A DNA stretch of 64,000 bases, from assembly GCF_009914755.1 (NCBI RefSeq), contig NC_060931.1, one strand, 5' to 3'. The notes beneath the pieces were generated by a model, which saw only the letters and a program-made list of their open reading frames with translations, did no database searches and was not told where the DNA came from. This DNA is from the human T2T-CHM13v2.0 reference genome, Homo sapiens. This document shows positions 39,064 to 51,455 of this stretch, in pieces (positions within the stretch are counted from its first letter, which is position 1; the number at the start of each line of letters is the position of its first letter). A program made the translations under genes and the position numbers.

Positions 39064-39204
39064 TCACACAGCGGCCGTCTGCTTGATGCTGTGGAAGCTG
39101 ATCCGTGTGGGTGATGTAGGGATGGACATGGCCCGGGCCATGGGGACTCGAAGGGAGTGATGGTCCTGCCAGCGGTGCCACCTCTTCCTCACGGCTGAGC
39201 GCAC
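39064..39204 (-). CDS. CRHR2: CRHR2 last exon (12) coding part ([13 protein letters not shown]...IKQTAAV*)
   Basis: cacag| acceptor; TGA at 39066-39064; matches the CRF2 receptor C-tail. Confidence 0.96.
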   Translation of the reverse strand: MRSAVRKRWHRWQDHHSLRVPMARAMSIPTSPTRISFHSIKQTAAV

Positions 39205-40642
39205 CTGTGGGGAAGGCAGAGGCTCAGCTGGCTCCCAGGGACCAACCCTGGGCTTCTGGGACCATCCCCTCCTCTGCTTTCTGCTCTCATGGGTCGACTG
39301 CCACCCTCATGACAAGGAACTGTCTGCTTCCAAAACAGGTCCTTCCCTGATGCTGTTGCCTCTCTCCAGGGGCCTCTTCCTTATCCTTTTCCTGGAGAAG
39401 CTTGACTCCACACCTCCTTTACTCCACACTGTCCTCCCAGATCATCCAGTTTCCTCTGGACACACTGCCTTCCCTTCCCTGACTCACTCTGCCACCTCAA
39501 AATTAGCATCTTGGGACCAGAGAGCGCAGCTTGGAGACTTGGCCCCCTCAGCCTTCTTGGGCCCCTGCTCCTTGCAGGGCGTTGGTGGTGTGCGCCCAGC
39601 TCACACACCTGGTGCGCCTCCTCCTCCCTCCTGAAGACCGTCCCCTCTGCACCCCTCCACCTTCTCTACCTCCTGCTAGACTCCCCTGCCTGACTAACCA
39701 TGGCATTTACTGCCTGAAAGGGAAAGCTCTCTGTCTTGGTCATTTCTAAAGTTGGCTCTACCTGGTGCCATTTAAGCTTCATTTGTTTGGTAATTGAATT
39801 TTTTTGGAAATTGGATGGTGTCTCTCACATCCTAGCTTGCACATGGTTCGAACAGAATAAATGCTCCATAAACATCCCTTGTTTGTTTGCCTTACTGGCC
39901 CCCTCTCTTCTTCTCATCCAGCCCACAGGACCCGTCTCTGCTGATGGACTTTGCAAGTGGAATGTGCTATCATCCACAGAGACACAGGCCTGCATAGACA
40001 CCTCGCCAGTGCCCTGTGCAGAGACAGGCAAGTGTATTCCTCTGGAGTGTTCGGAAGCTCCCAGGCCCTAGGGGCTGTGTCTGCTCTTTGCTCCATGTCC
40101 TCATCCACCCCAGCCCAGGTACGAGTGCGCTTCTTCCCTGCGTCAGCTGCACTGGGGCTTTGGGCCTCATGATTGGCTTGCACATGCCAAGCTTCACGGC
40201 CGCCTGACTCCCCAGAGCCTGCTCTTGGTGTGTGGGCTTTTCTGTGGTAGGTAGCGGGGGAATGTGCTGGTCTCTCTTCTGCTCCCTGAGTCCATACAGA
40301 CCTGATTGCTTGGCACACATCTCTTTCTGGAAGCTTCCTTCTGTCACCACCTCTGCTCTGGCTTCTCTCTTCCATGAGGCCCTGCGGCCTGGGCTTCCTT
40401 GCTCACCCAGCTCTGAGTGCACATGTGGGGTGCTGGCATGTTATTTCGGGGCTGCATAGTTGACCTTCTAAACTGGCTCCAGCCCCTGTGAGAAGGATTC
40501 CTGTTCCCCTAAGGCCGGGTGGTATCTCAAGGCTTCCTCTCCCTGGCACTCCAGCAAGGCCGGGCAGCACCAATGGAGCTGCCCTGGAGTGGGGTCTGAG
40601 GACCTGGATATCCCAGGCCACCCCGAGGGCCCAGCTTCATAC

Positions 40643-40684
40643 CTCTCCATTGAAGAAGCAGTAGAAGACAGACACGAAGAAACC
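40643..40684 (-). CDS. CRHR2: CRHR2 exon 11 (42 nt; GFFVSVFYCFFNGE, TM7)
   Basis: tccag| acceptor, |gtatga donor; class B GPCR TM7 signature. Confidence 0.96.
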
Positions 40685-41183
40685 CTGGAAAGGAGGGAAA
40701 GGAGGGAGTGGTCAGTGACCTACCTGCGGAGCTGTTCTGCCTGGTGGGGTGGCACTGGGGACAAGATGGTGGGGGGGGGACAATTTGACCCAGGAACCCC
40801 TGGAGTCAGAGCTGGGTGGGGTCCTAGCCTCAGGGTGCAGATATTCCACGGTCCACTCTGAGTGAGCAGTGGTCACAGGCCTGGAGCCAGGCAGACTCCG
40901 GTCTCCTCAATATTGTGTGACCTGTCCCAGGGCATTTGGTTGGGCTGCCTGCATCCTCAGAACAGGTGCTGGGACAGTAGGTGCGGGCTGGTAGGATGAA
41001 GACCCAGGCTGGGATGGGGATAACTGGCCAGGCTCAGGCTGAGCATGTACGGGCTTCTAACTCTGTGGATGTAACTGAGCCATGGGTGTGCCAGTCCCAC
41101 GGGACCCCCTTAGTGAGGGCATGGCTGCCAGAGCAGCCTCAGGAAAGCTCACTGTGGGGCCCCCATCTGGTCACAGGCCCCAC

Positions 41184-41319
41184 CTGGAACGACTGCAGGA
41201 AGGAGTTGAAATAGATGAACATGATCTGTGACAGGTCGTCCTCCCCGGGATTGACGAAGAAGAGCATGTAGGTGATGCCCAGGAGGGGCAGGAGCACCAG
41301 GGTGGCCTTCACTGCCTTC
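41184..41319 (-). CDS. CRHR2: CRHR2 exon 10 (136 nt; [17 protein letters not shown]...LQSFQ)
   Basis: cccag| acceptor, |gtgggg donor; TM6 PxxG motif. Confidence 0.96.
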
Positions 41320-41530
41320 CTGGGGGCGAGAGGTGGACACAGGTCTGAGCCCATGCGGCAGGCAGGGCCTCACCCAGTGGGCGGCGGGAGACAGTGGTGG
41401 TGTTTCTTCCGGGAGCTTGAGCGAGCTCCCTGGGTGAGGCCTGGGGCAGAGGGCTCTGCCAGGAAGCAGGGGGACGGCCCGATGACCTCCTCCTGTCCCC
41501 ATTGTGGGGTCAAGGGACCCCCTCACATAC

Positions 41531-41616
41531 CTGTACTGGATTGTCTCGGATGTGGTGGACGCGCGTAACTTTGTCATTAGGATCCTGACGATGTTGAACA
41601 GAAATACGAAATTGAT
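41531..41616 (-). CDS. CRHR2: CRHR2 exon 9 (86 nt; [29 protein letters not shown])
   Basis: tccag| acceptor, |gtatgt donor. Confidence 0.96.
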
Positions 41617-42675
41617 CTGGAGGGAGGGCGGGCATGGGAAAGAGGGAAAAGGAAGGAGCACGTGTTTGAGATGAGCCGAGAGGCAGCCCCCTTCCCCGCA
41701 GACCCCTGGAAACCGATGTCCCACGCACACACCTATCCTACCTGTCCCCCTAGCACCTGCCAGCATCCCAAGGCCTGTGCTCCTCCCTCGCCAGGATGGG
41801 GAGACAGCCCCATTTTCCAGGGCCTGTGTCTCCAGCCCAGGACTGAGGAGGAAAGGTGGCAGCCTCTGTGGGTCGTGACCGAGAGCACGGGGCATGCCCT
41901 CTGAGGCTGAGAAAGCCCCCAACCCTCTCCCCAGTATAGGGACCCTATGGGAGCCCCCTTCCCCTCACTGCCACGGGGTCCCTACTTGTTGACTGCGGGG
42001 CTCTCTGAGTCCCTTGCACTGTCACTGGCTCTAGGTCGGCCTGAGGTCCTTCTGACTGAGGACAGCACTGCCATGGTGGGGCGGACAAGGCCAGATGGAG
42101 GGATTAAGAACTCAGTTGCCGAATGAGTGATTAATCTGCCAGCATCCCACCCCTGTGCCCAGGAACTCCAGAGCCTTTGTAGGCACCCTAGACAGGGAAG
42201 ATGGATGGGCTGTGGGGCTGGCTCTGAGGCCCCAGGAAGGGCCTCATTTATCTTCATTCTGAGTTTTCCCTCAGCACCAGAGCCTCCCCACCCAGCACCT
42301 GGCCCTGGAACTGGCCTGTGTGGCTCCCCAGCTGCTCCCTGCTGGGTGTGGGTCCCCATGGGCCTGCGAGTGTCTGTTCATCTGTATTGGCTGTGACTAT
42401 GACTGTGTTGTCCCCTGGGAGCTGCAGTGTGGGTCTGTGGGTCTATCCTTTAAGCACTTGTGCAAGTGTGTTTGCCTCACAGAGCGTGTGCATGTGTGAG
42501 CATGGATCTGGGGCCCGGGCACATCTGCGTTTCTCTTCACCTGCCTCCGAGCATAGGCAGGCAGGCAGGCAAGGGAGTGTGTGTCGGCCTGACACAGTGG
42601 GGCTGTTTCCTGACAAAGTGCTCGTGGGCCAGAGGGAGACACATGTTAGCCCAGGGGTGTCTGCTGGCTCGTGTG

Positions 42676-42714
42676 CACACACCCACTCACACACACACAC
42701 ACACACACACACAC
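42676..42714. repeat. (CA)n microsatellite
   Basis: Interrupted CA run. Confidence 0.9.
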
Positions 42715-43259
42715 CTCTGACACTCTGTCAAGAAAATCCATTGCTTCTTAAGCTTGGGCTGGGCCCTTCTAACCCTCCCAAGTTCTGAATCCTGGCTGGG
42801 AGAGGAGGGACACAGGATACAGACAGATATCCTGAGACTGTCAACCTGTAGCCTCTGGATGCTCCCCACAAGCTTTCGGGTAGCCCTAGGGGCAGGGAGA
42901 GCTCACACCCCACCTCAGCCACTGTCTACTGCTCTCTTACCACATAGTGGTATGGCCTGGGGGTCCCAGGGAGGGCTGGGGATGGAAAGCCTTCAGCGGG
43001 GCTGCCATGACCTGATACCCCCAGCTTTCTCCTAGGGCTCACCTAATTTCCAGCTCCTGGGTCTCTGGCATATTCCCCTGGATCATGGGACACAAGTCAC
43101 CTTAACATATAAGTGAATCCTAATTTTCTCATACAAGTAATACAAAGTATTTGACCTTTTCTGATTCTTCCGGACTTCCCTGAGAGTAGAAACTGTTGGA
43201 ATCAAAATATATTCTCATTTCTGCCACATTTTCTTGAATTCAATATTAATCTTCCAACA

Positions 43260-43612
43260 TCCATCAACCCACTAATCAATTCAATTATCCACCCACTTTA
43301 TTCATCTATCCATCTATCCACTTACCTACCAACCAGTTCATTCAATTACCCACCTACTTTTATCCATCCGTCCATCCATCCATCCATCCAGCCATTCATC
43401 CATTCATCCTTCCTTCCTTCCATCCATCCATCCATCTACCCAACAACCAATTCATTCAATTATCCACCTACTGTTTTATCTATCCATCCACGTACCCATC
43501 CATCTACCCATCCATCTACCTACCCAATAACCAATCCATTCAGTTATCCACCTACTCTTTTATCTGCCCATCCACTGGCCCATCCGTCTATCCATTCATC
43601 TACCTAGCAACC
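43260..43612. repeat. (CCAT/CTAT)n-rich tandem repeat with a higher-order unit
   Basis: Four copies of a TTCAATTATCCACCTAC-like motif separated by CCAT arrays. Confidence 0.8.
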
Positions 43613-44579
43613 AAGGCCTTGTCTCCATCCTTACACTTGGCAGACATTTAGTTATGTGGCCCCACTCATCTCAGCTTGGGTCTATGTAACCTGAAAATCC
43701 TTCTTTCCTTTGAGCCTGTTTCCCAGCCTCCCCCTTCACACCACCACAGGTACCTTCCTCTCTCTCCAGGGAGCCTTCTGGTCACCCTGCCCACACTGAG
43801 CTCTCCGGCTTTCCATTCTTGGACTCTACCTCCCTGCTAAAAACACACTCCAGTTCTTTAGTAAGAACTGTCTATTGTACCCTGCCCTCGTTCAGCCTGT
43901 TTCTGGTTTTATTTAATTGTTCATTCATTCAATGAATCAATGGACCATGTGTCAGGCTCTGAGCCAGGCATCAGCGATGGCGAAGTGGACAGGCAGTCAC
44001 AGCCCCTGCTTGCAGAGGGCTTGTGGCCTAGCTGGGGGCCTGGAGGGGTTGGGGGTGGGGGAGATGACATCTTTCCTAAGGTGTCAAAAAGACCTGGAGA
44101 AATGGCAGATGGGCTAAGAACTGAAGATGAGGCCCCCCTCCCAAATGAACTGAAGCACCAAGTCCTAGTCTCATGGCTCAAATTTTGACTGTTCCAATTT
44201 GCAGTTGTGTGGCCTTGGGTAAGTTGCTTAACCTCATGAGCTCCTGCTTCCTTGTCTGCCCCCGAGGGGCCTAACCACAGAGCTTGCCTTAGAAGATCAG
44301 CATGGGCTGAAATAGTCACAGAGACCACTAAGACCTGTGTCTGGCCTAGTGACTGCCAATCCTTTCCCATGACACCAACAATGACAACACCAGCAAGAAG
44401 TCAGGCTTCCTGCAAATTCAACCACCTGATTCACTTCTCAGAACCAGAAATAAGTGAGTGTCTCTTAGCAGCAGAAATGCAGCTGTGAGCTGCTGGGGAG
44501 TGTAGGGATGGCAGGAACACCAAACACGTGTCCAACCTCGAGGACAACAGGCAGATGGTGGGGACAAAGCAGGAGACCT

Positions 44580-44725
44580 GCCTTTGAGCCTCTGCTCTGC
44601 TAGCTATTAGTGGTGACCTTGGGCAAGCCACTTCATCTCTCTCAGCTTCTTCCTCTGTAAAATGGAGAGCATAACCCTACTTCTTTTAGGACTTGAGCAT
44701 GCAAGGGTTGGAAATAATGTAGATA
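44580..44725. mobile_element. MIR fragment
   Basis: GTGACCTTGGGCAAGCCACTTCATCTCTCTCAGCTTC..CTGTAAAATGG. Confidence 0.65.
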
Positions 44726-46176
44726 GAGCTTCTGGAAGGGCTCAGCTTGGAATGTGGAAGCCCCTGTTGGTGCAAAGAGCTGGGCCCAAAGGAAAGAAGG
44801 AAAGGGCTCGTGAGCACAGACGCAGGGGTGGAGCCAGAGAATGGGTCTGGAAGAGGAAGCATGGAGCTGGGTCTTGACACTGAGCTCTTGCATTCCTCGC
44901 CTCCCTTTCTCTTGGCATTTCCTCACCACCCTTCCAACATCTTTACAGTTGGGGCTTACTCTTTGCCACCATTGGTCCCCCATCCAGGCCAGCCTTCCTT
45001 GGCTCAGTTCCAGGCTCATCAAAAGCCTTATTCCTCCAGGATGGCCCTTGGCAGCTGGTTGGGAGGGAAAGGATCTCATGGGGTTTCCATACACACTGAG
45101 GGGTGAGTGACTCACTGCAGCTGGGAGTCCAAGGACAATCCTACTAGCTGCTGACAAAACCTGGCTTCTGCCTCTGAAGCGAACCAAGCCCTGACGGTGG
45201 AATTTCCAGCAGTGGGTGAAAAACCTTCCTAGTCTTCATCAGTTCACATATATCAAGGACACTCCAAAGATGGAGGTCAAATGAAACCCGAAGTCACAGA
45301 AAAAGGAGAGTAAGAAAATAAAAGAGATAAATAATAATTGTCTCCAAGGTAGACAAAAGAAAGCCCCACCAGGCACCTTCTGTGTGCAGGAGGAGATGGC
45401 ACTCTCGCTGAGTCTCCCAGAAGGAACTGTGGCCCTTTAAGGAAGCTGGTACATACAGGAGCCTGAAATTACTGAGCCTGAAATAAGTCTTACGTAAATG
45501 CCAATTTCTTACGGGGCTTTTTTGTATGTCTTTCTTTCTTTATCTCTCTCTCTTTTTTTTAAAGGTATGATATATAATGGGTTCCTTTTGCAGAATGCAG
45601 CCTCTACTTGAACTCTCTCTTAATTAAAGCTCATTGTGGATTAAAGATGTGTGGCAATTATACCTTAGATGCAAATACATTTGGCAAAGGGCAGGGAGCT
45701 GGACAAGGAACAATTCCTCATTATGCTGCATCCCGGTATTCACCGCTTCAGGCTGGGGGTGGTGGGCTGGACCTGGAGAGGGTCACTGGGGGCTGAGGGG
45801 AACGTAGGTCTGGAATGAACAGAAGCCCGCACACTCTTCTCTTGTCACCAGCTGCCTGCTCACCTGGCTTTCTCAGCATTGTACAGTGTCAGACCGGGAG
45901 GGCACAGGAAGTCTACCCATCAGATCCTTTCTCCTCCCAGAGAAAGAGCCCTGAGGTCACCAGAGTGGTGCAGGGCTGCGCCAGGGCATCGAGCATGAGG
46001 AAGGGAAGGCCGGGTGGTGCTGGGGCACAGGGTGGCATGGACAGGGTACGGGGGTGGCATATAGAGTGTGTGCGCAGGGCTGCCCATGCCACATCTTTCC
46101 CAGCGTCTCTGCCTGGGTGGGCCCTCTTCTGTCCTCTTGGCACCCAGCCCCATCCCAGCCACCGCTGAGGGCTTAC

Positions 46177-46249
46177 CAGGAGCACGAGAATGATGGGGCC
46201 TTGGTAGATGTAGTCCACCAGGTCGCCAGGCTCCTTGCCAAACCAGCAC
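46177..46249 (-). CDS. CRHR2: CRHR2 exon 8 (73 nt; [24 protein letters not shown])
   Basis: cacag| acceptor, |gtaagc donor. Confidence 0.96.
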
Positions 46250-47759
46250 CTGTGAAGATGGGGTGGCTGTAGGGGGCCTCCTGAGCTGGAACTGGGGGAC
46301 CCCCACAGACTTGGGCCCAGGGTCCTCCAGCTTTACCCTTCCTGAGACCCAATCTCCAGGACTGCCCCTTCCCAGAAAGCCTTGGTGGAAATACCAGCTC
46401 CACTGACCACCCTTACCCACCAGGCTGTCTTTTGCTCTACATGGTGGGTCTGATCTCCCCAGCCCGACTGAGGACAGGCCATGGGTCTCTTTCTCCTCCT
46501 CTTTTACCTGCCCCATTGCAGACTGCTAGGCATAGGACTGGGCATGCAGGAGGCACAGGAATAAAGGGAGAGCTGGGCTCCCCCTTGCTGGCCCAGGGCC
46601 AATTGCCTTAGGCCACCTGTTCCCATATTGCTTGAAACCCGCTGTTCCGTGTGCCAGGCACTCACTCGGCCACACAAAGCAGCAGATGTGGAAGTGGAGC
46701 CTTCCTACCTCCAGCCTGGGATTTTGCGTCTTTGAGCCAATGCTTGTGCACCCAGTGAGGGGAGCTGCTGCCTGGCTGGCCTCACTGGCTGCCAGAGGCA
46801 TAATTCATTCTCCGGGGATGCTGGTCAGGGGAAATGCTTTAGGGTCTGGGTCGGCCAGCAACTACTGGACCACAGGGAGGGGCCATCAACTTTGGGGAAC
46901 TCATTCCTCTGAAATCTTGGAGGTCATCCAGTGCAGACCTGCCTCAGATAGGATTCTCCCTGTCTCCCAGGGTTTCTGGCCTCTGCTTGGAGCCCTCCTT
47001 TGACAGGAAGCTCACCACCTACCAAGGCAGCCCTCTTCTTGGGCAGCTTTTACTCTTACAAGCTCTTCCTAATGTTGAGCTCCTGGAACTCTACTCCATT
47101 CTTGCCCCCACTCTGAGAACAGATCCCCTCTGCTCTCTCCAGGCTCTGAGACAGACCCCTTGGAGATTTGCATACAGGCTAATGTTCCCTGGTCCCCGCT
47201 GCTCTCAGCTGGTGACACCTGACTTTCTGGCTGCTCCTTGGCTGACCCATGGCCAGAGTTGCTGTCATTTGGGCTGTGGCTCAGCATATTACAGCCTCTG
47301 GCATAGGGAGAACCTCAGGATGGGACACTGCACCCAGGCAGAGACTGAGACTTCAGAAAAAAAAACAAGCTCTGTTAAATGCTCATGGACTCTTTAAATG
47401 CTCATGGACAGCTCTGGATGTCATGTGCGGCCTTGGCCCCTTCCACATACCCCGGGCCAGAGCTGCCACATCCAAGTCTGAGGAGGCCTTACAAAGACCA
47501 AAGGGGTCATGCGTTGGGTCGGGGGGCACTTCAAGGAACCACAATTCCTAACTTAATTCAGCAAAGTTCCTTGAGCCCTACCATGTGAGTACCTCTGAGT
47601 GCAGGACTATTTTTTTCAATTTAAGGACAACAGGAACGTGGATCTGTCTAGGTGTGGCTACAATTCCTGCTCCACGGCTTGGCCAGAGCCCAAGGCTGAC
47701 CTGTCCTAACACCCCCATTCCCTTCCCCATGACCCCCCATGGCTGGCCCATCCACTTAC

Positions 47760-47820
47760 TGTTCATTCTCATAGTAGAGCTTGCCGATGGCCCAGGCGAC
47801 GATGATGGGGAAGGGGATGC
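47760..47820 (-). CDS. CRHR2: CRHR2 exon 7 (61 nt; IPFPIIVAWAIGKLYYENE)
   Basis: ttcag| acceptor, |gtaagt donor. Confidence 0.96.
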
Positions 47821-48297
47821 CTGAAAGAAGGAAAGACTTGGGCTGCAGGGGACAGATGGACAGGGACTTTCTTGTAGGACATACCGTGGGGTACCACAAC
47901 AGGGCTAGGATCATGTTTTTACTCTTCCAACAGCAGGCCACCCACAACCCCAGGGGTGCCCTGTCCCTCAACACCTGGCCCATGCCCCTGCCCCTCTCTC
48001 CAAGCAGGGCTGCGTGATTTTGTGATAGAGAAGTAGAGCCAGCCAGTTTCTGAGCCAGAGACAAAGGCCTTTGGACAGGTCCTTCCTGGCAGGGGGAGAA
48101 GAGCTATTTGAGGAATATCCTTTGGAGAGATCCTTTGCTTGTTCCTCACCAGCATGGAGGGAAGTAGCTGCATCCACCGGACTGCGCTGGGGGTGGAGGG
48201 CAGGGCCAGGCTCTGGTCCTTGGACCCAAGACGAAGGGAAATGGCCTGGTGAGAAGTCCTCCCCCCAACTAGGCCCTGCTGCCCCTGGGACCCTCAC

Positions 48298-48451
48298 ACC
48301 ATCCGATGAAGAGGAAGAGGCACTTGCGCAGGCGCTCAGTGGAGTAGGTCATGACAATGGCCGTGTGCAGGTAGCAGCCTTCCACAAACATCCAGAAGAA
48401 GTTGGTCACCACGAAGTAGTTGAAGATGGTGGTGATGCAGCGGCACCAGAC
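48298..48451 (-). CDS. CRHR2: CRHR2 exon 6 (154 nt; [13 protein letters not shown]...[10 protein letters not shown]...FLFIGW)
   Basis: cacag| acceptor, |gtgagg donor; class B TM3 [10 protein letters not shown] motif. Confidence 0.97.
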
Positions 48452-49899
48452 CTGTGTGCAGGGCAGAGAGGCTGTCAGGAGGCAGCTTGGGGCCCAGGTA
48501 GGACATACCCATCCCCAGGCAGGGCAACAAGACACAGGGCTCCCCAAAGGGGGTTCGTGGACATGCCATCAAATACCAGCGAACCTCACTCTGAAAAGCT
48601 TCATCCTTCTCCAGTGCTCTTTCACACTTTCAGATTAAGTTAAGGTGCCATTCTCCACTGGGGCCAACGTGTTTTTTTTAACTTCTCTCTAACTCTTTCT
48701 AATTTTTCATTCTAGTAAAGAGAGCGAGAGTCTGGCTCTGAGCTTTCTGTAGGCAGAGGCTGGAATTCAACCATCTTGTTGTGTTTTCATTTTAGTTTTT
48801 TTGAGTCATTTTCAATCCATAGCAAGTCAGACCTGCTTCCTTTTGGGGATGGGATATGGAATTTCATTTAGAAAAAAATGAAAAAATAAAAGTGAGTAAA
48901 GTGAGTCAAGGGTGTATGAAGTGGGGCTGCGGCCAGGGAGGGGATTCTCCAAAGACTCTGGGTTTGGGAACTTCTGGACTTGGCACAATTATTACTAGCT
49001 CTGGAGGGAGACTTGCAAAGTACACGGCCCCCGGCAAGTCACTGCACCTCTCTGAACCTCAAAAAGTAACCCTGCCTTCCAGGGTGGTTGAAGGAGATAG
49101 AGGATGGCAAAGACAGGCATGAGGGTAGCTGTGTTGTGGCTGTGGTTGTGCCTGCTGTGGTTCCGTGCCTTCCCAGCAGAGGGGAATGTGTCCCTGTCCC
49201 TCTGAGCAAGGCCACCCTTCCCCAGGCACCAAGGCTACCTTCCCAAAGGAGGCAGGGAGGGGAAGACCCTGCCCCTTTAGAGCCACGCAGTGGGCCATGG
49301 CAGGGCCAGGGTCTAGACATTGGGCTTCCAGGCCAGAGCTCCTCTCAACAGACCCCACCTGGTCATCTTCCCCACAGGCTCATCCCCAGGGCACCCTGAG
49401 AGCCAAGGCTGGGACATGGGGAATGATGGAGCCAGCTCAAGGTCCGGGGAGCTGTGCGTCAGGGGCTCTGCTTCTGCACACAGCCCATCCTCTCTGTCTG
49501 GCTCTGACAGCCCCAGTTCTCAGATAACCCTCCTGTGCTGAGCTGTTGGCTGCTTCTGGGCTTCCCTGCACAGTCCCTGTGGCTGGCTGTCTCCTTTTTT
49601 CTGAGAAAGTCCTGCTGAGGTGGGAAGCTACCAAGCCCCTCCTCCCAACCCTACTTTTCATCCAGGGTTGATGATGTTCTATTAGCACAAGCCCACGTTG
49701 GAGCTAGAAGGCACCCTCAACTCGAGTGAACCTGTTTGATTCTGAGGCAGTGTTCTATGTGGGACCATGTTAAGGATCACACCAGGCTGGTGTCTGCTCA
49801 GGCACAGGCCACCCAAAGGAAATGTACTGAGAAGTCTCTGTCGGTGTGCCACAGGGCTCTGTGATGGCCCAAGACTAGTCTACAGTTTTACAATAGCTT

Positions 49900-50100
49900 G
49901 GACACAGTACACAGCAATGGACAGAAATCCAGAGTGGACAGTTAGCATGTGGGATAGCCCCTTATGTAGAGGTATCATCACTGCATGTGACCTTGGCGAG
50001 TCACTTAACCTCTGTGAGTCTCAGTTTCCATGTCTATGTAATGGGGAAAATGATCCCTGCTGGTCTCATTAGGATTAAGTGAGAGAAAGCTCAACAGAGG
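49900..50100. mobile_element. MIR fragment
   Basis: TGTGACCTTGGCGAGTCACTTAACCTCTGTGAGTCTCAGTTTCC. Confidence 0.7.
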
Positions 50101-50673
50101 TTAGTTCTAGCTTCCTTTTCTCAAAGGGGTCTTTGAGGGCACCTGATTCCACAAGATGAGGAGTGGACTAGGATAAATGTGTCTAGAGTCAGCTTTGTGA
50201 AGCTCCCAGCCTGGCAGCTTCCTGCTCCTCCCAGCCCAGCTCTGTTGGGACAATGGCTAGGGTGGAGGTGAGCTCAGGTCTGGTTTTGCACCTGAGCCAC
50301 AGCCCAGATGACAGCATTCTGGCCATGGGTCAGCCAAGGAGCAGCCAGAAAGTCAGTTGTCACCAGCTGAGAGTAGCAGGGACTGGTGAACATCAGTCTC
50401 TGTGTGCAAATCTCCAAGGGGTCTGTCTCAGAGCCTGGAGAGAGCAGAGGGGATCTGTTCTCAGAGTGGGGGCAAGAATGGGGTGGAGTTGCAGAAGTTC
50501 AACATTAGGAAGAGCTTGTAAGAGTAAAAGCTGCTCAAGAAGAAGAGGGCTGCTTTAGCAGGTAGTGAGCTTCCTGACAAAGGAGGGGTCCAAGCAGAGA
50601 CCAGACAGACAGATGGGTGCCCCCGGAGCCCAGAGCCCCCCAGGTATAGCCCCGAGTCTCCCCGAGCAATGAC

Positions 50674-50791
50674 CTCATTGCTCTCGTGCACTTCATGGTC
50701 AACGAGCTGCAGCAGGAACCACATGACATTTCGCAGGATAAAGGTGGTGATGAGGTTCCAGTGAATCACATTCCGCAGACAGCGAATGCTC
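50674..50791 (-). CDS. CRHR2: CRHR2 exon 5 (118 nt; [13 protein letters not shown]...HESNE)
   Basis: cacag| acceptor, weak |gtcatt donor; TM2 RNxIH motif. Confidence 0.96.
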
Positions 50792-51133
50792 CTGTGGGAG
50801 GTGCAGGTCAGGGGTCAGCCAGGTTCAGGGGTCAACTGGGACTGGGTTCCCCCTGAGGCCAGGTAGAGACTCAGCCTGGGATGAGGGCAGGGCTGCACTA
50901 GGAGCCACTTCCCACCCATGGTGGCCACAGTTGGGCCTCTGAGTCCAGCTCCCACTCTGCACCCCACATGCCTGCTGGTGATTCATGCCCTGGCACCCCA
51001 CCCAAACCCCACTTTCTCCACGGGCCCTTTTATCTGCTGGGCCCCAGAATGGAGGTGAGAATGTCTGGGAGAGGTGAAGGGGGTGCTGTAGGAGGAGGGA
51101 TGAGGAGAAAGCAAGGCGGAAGGGCAGACTCAC

Positions 51134-51243
51134 CGCAGGGCCAGGAAAAGCAGGAAGGCGGCCACCAGGGCTGCCACAGATACGCAGTGGCCCAGGTAGT
51201 TGACGACAAGGGCGATGCGGTAGTGCAGGTCATACTTCCTCTG
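51134..51243 (-). CDS. CRHR2: CRHR2 exon 4 (110 nt; QRKYDLHYRIAL...FLALR, TM1)
   Basis: Tandem CAG|CAG acceptor, |gtgagt donor. Confidence 0.96.
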
Positions 51244-51455
51244 CTGGACAGACAGACATGGGCAGGGCAGATGGAGGCATGGGCACGTGGGGGTGGGGCT
51301 GGGTATTCCAGCCGTGGCCACCTCTGTGTCCTGACCTTGGGGGCAGAAGTGCTCCAGGTGTCATTGCCGTGCCTGGCTCTTAGGGTTCGTTCCTGTTGGC
51401 CCTGGGTGGCTCTTGTTGTTATAAATGGCTGTGGTCAGGCCTTCCAACATGCATT

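Noticed and set aside
41149-41922. 257-aa ORF on the - strand
   Set aside because: It is CRHR2 exon 9 with GC-rich intronic read-through on both sides; no independent coding signal.
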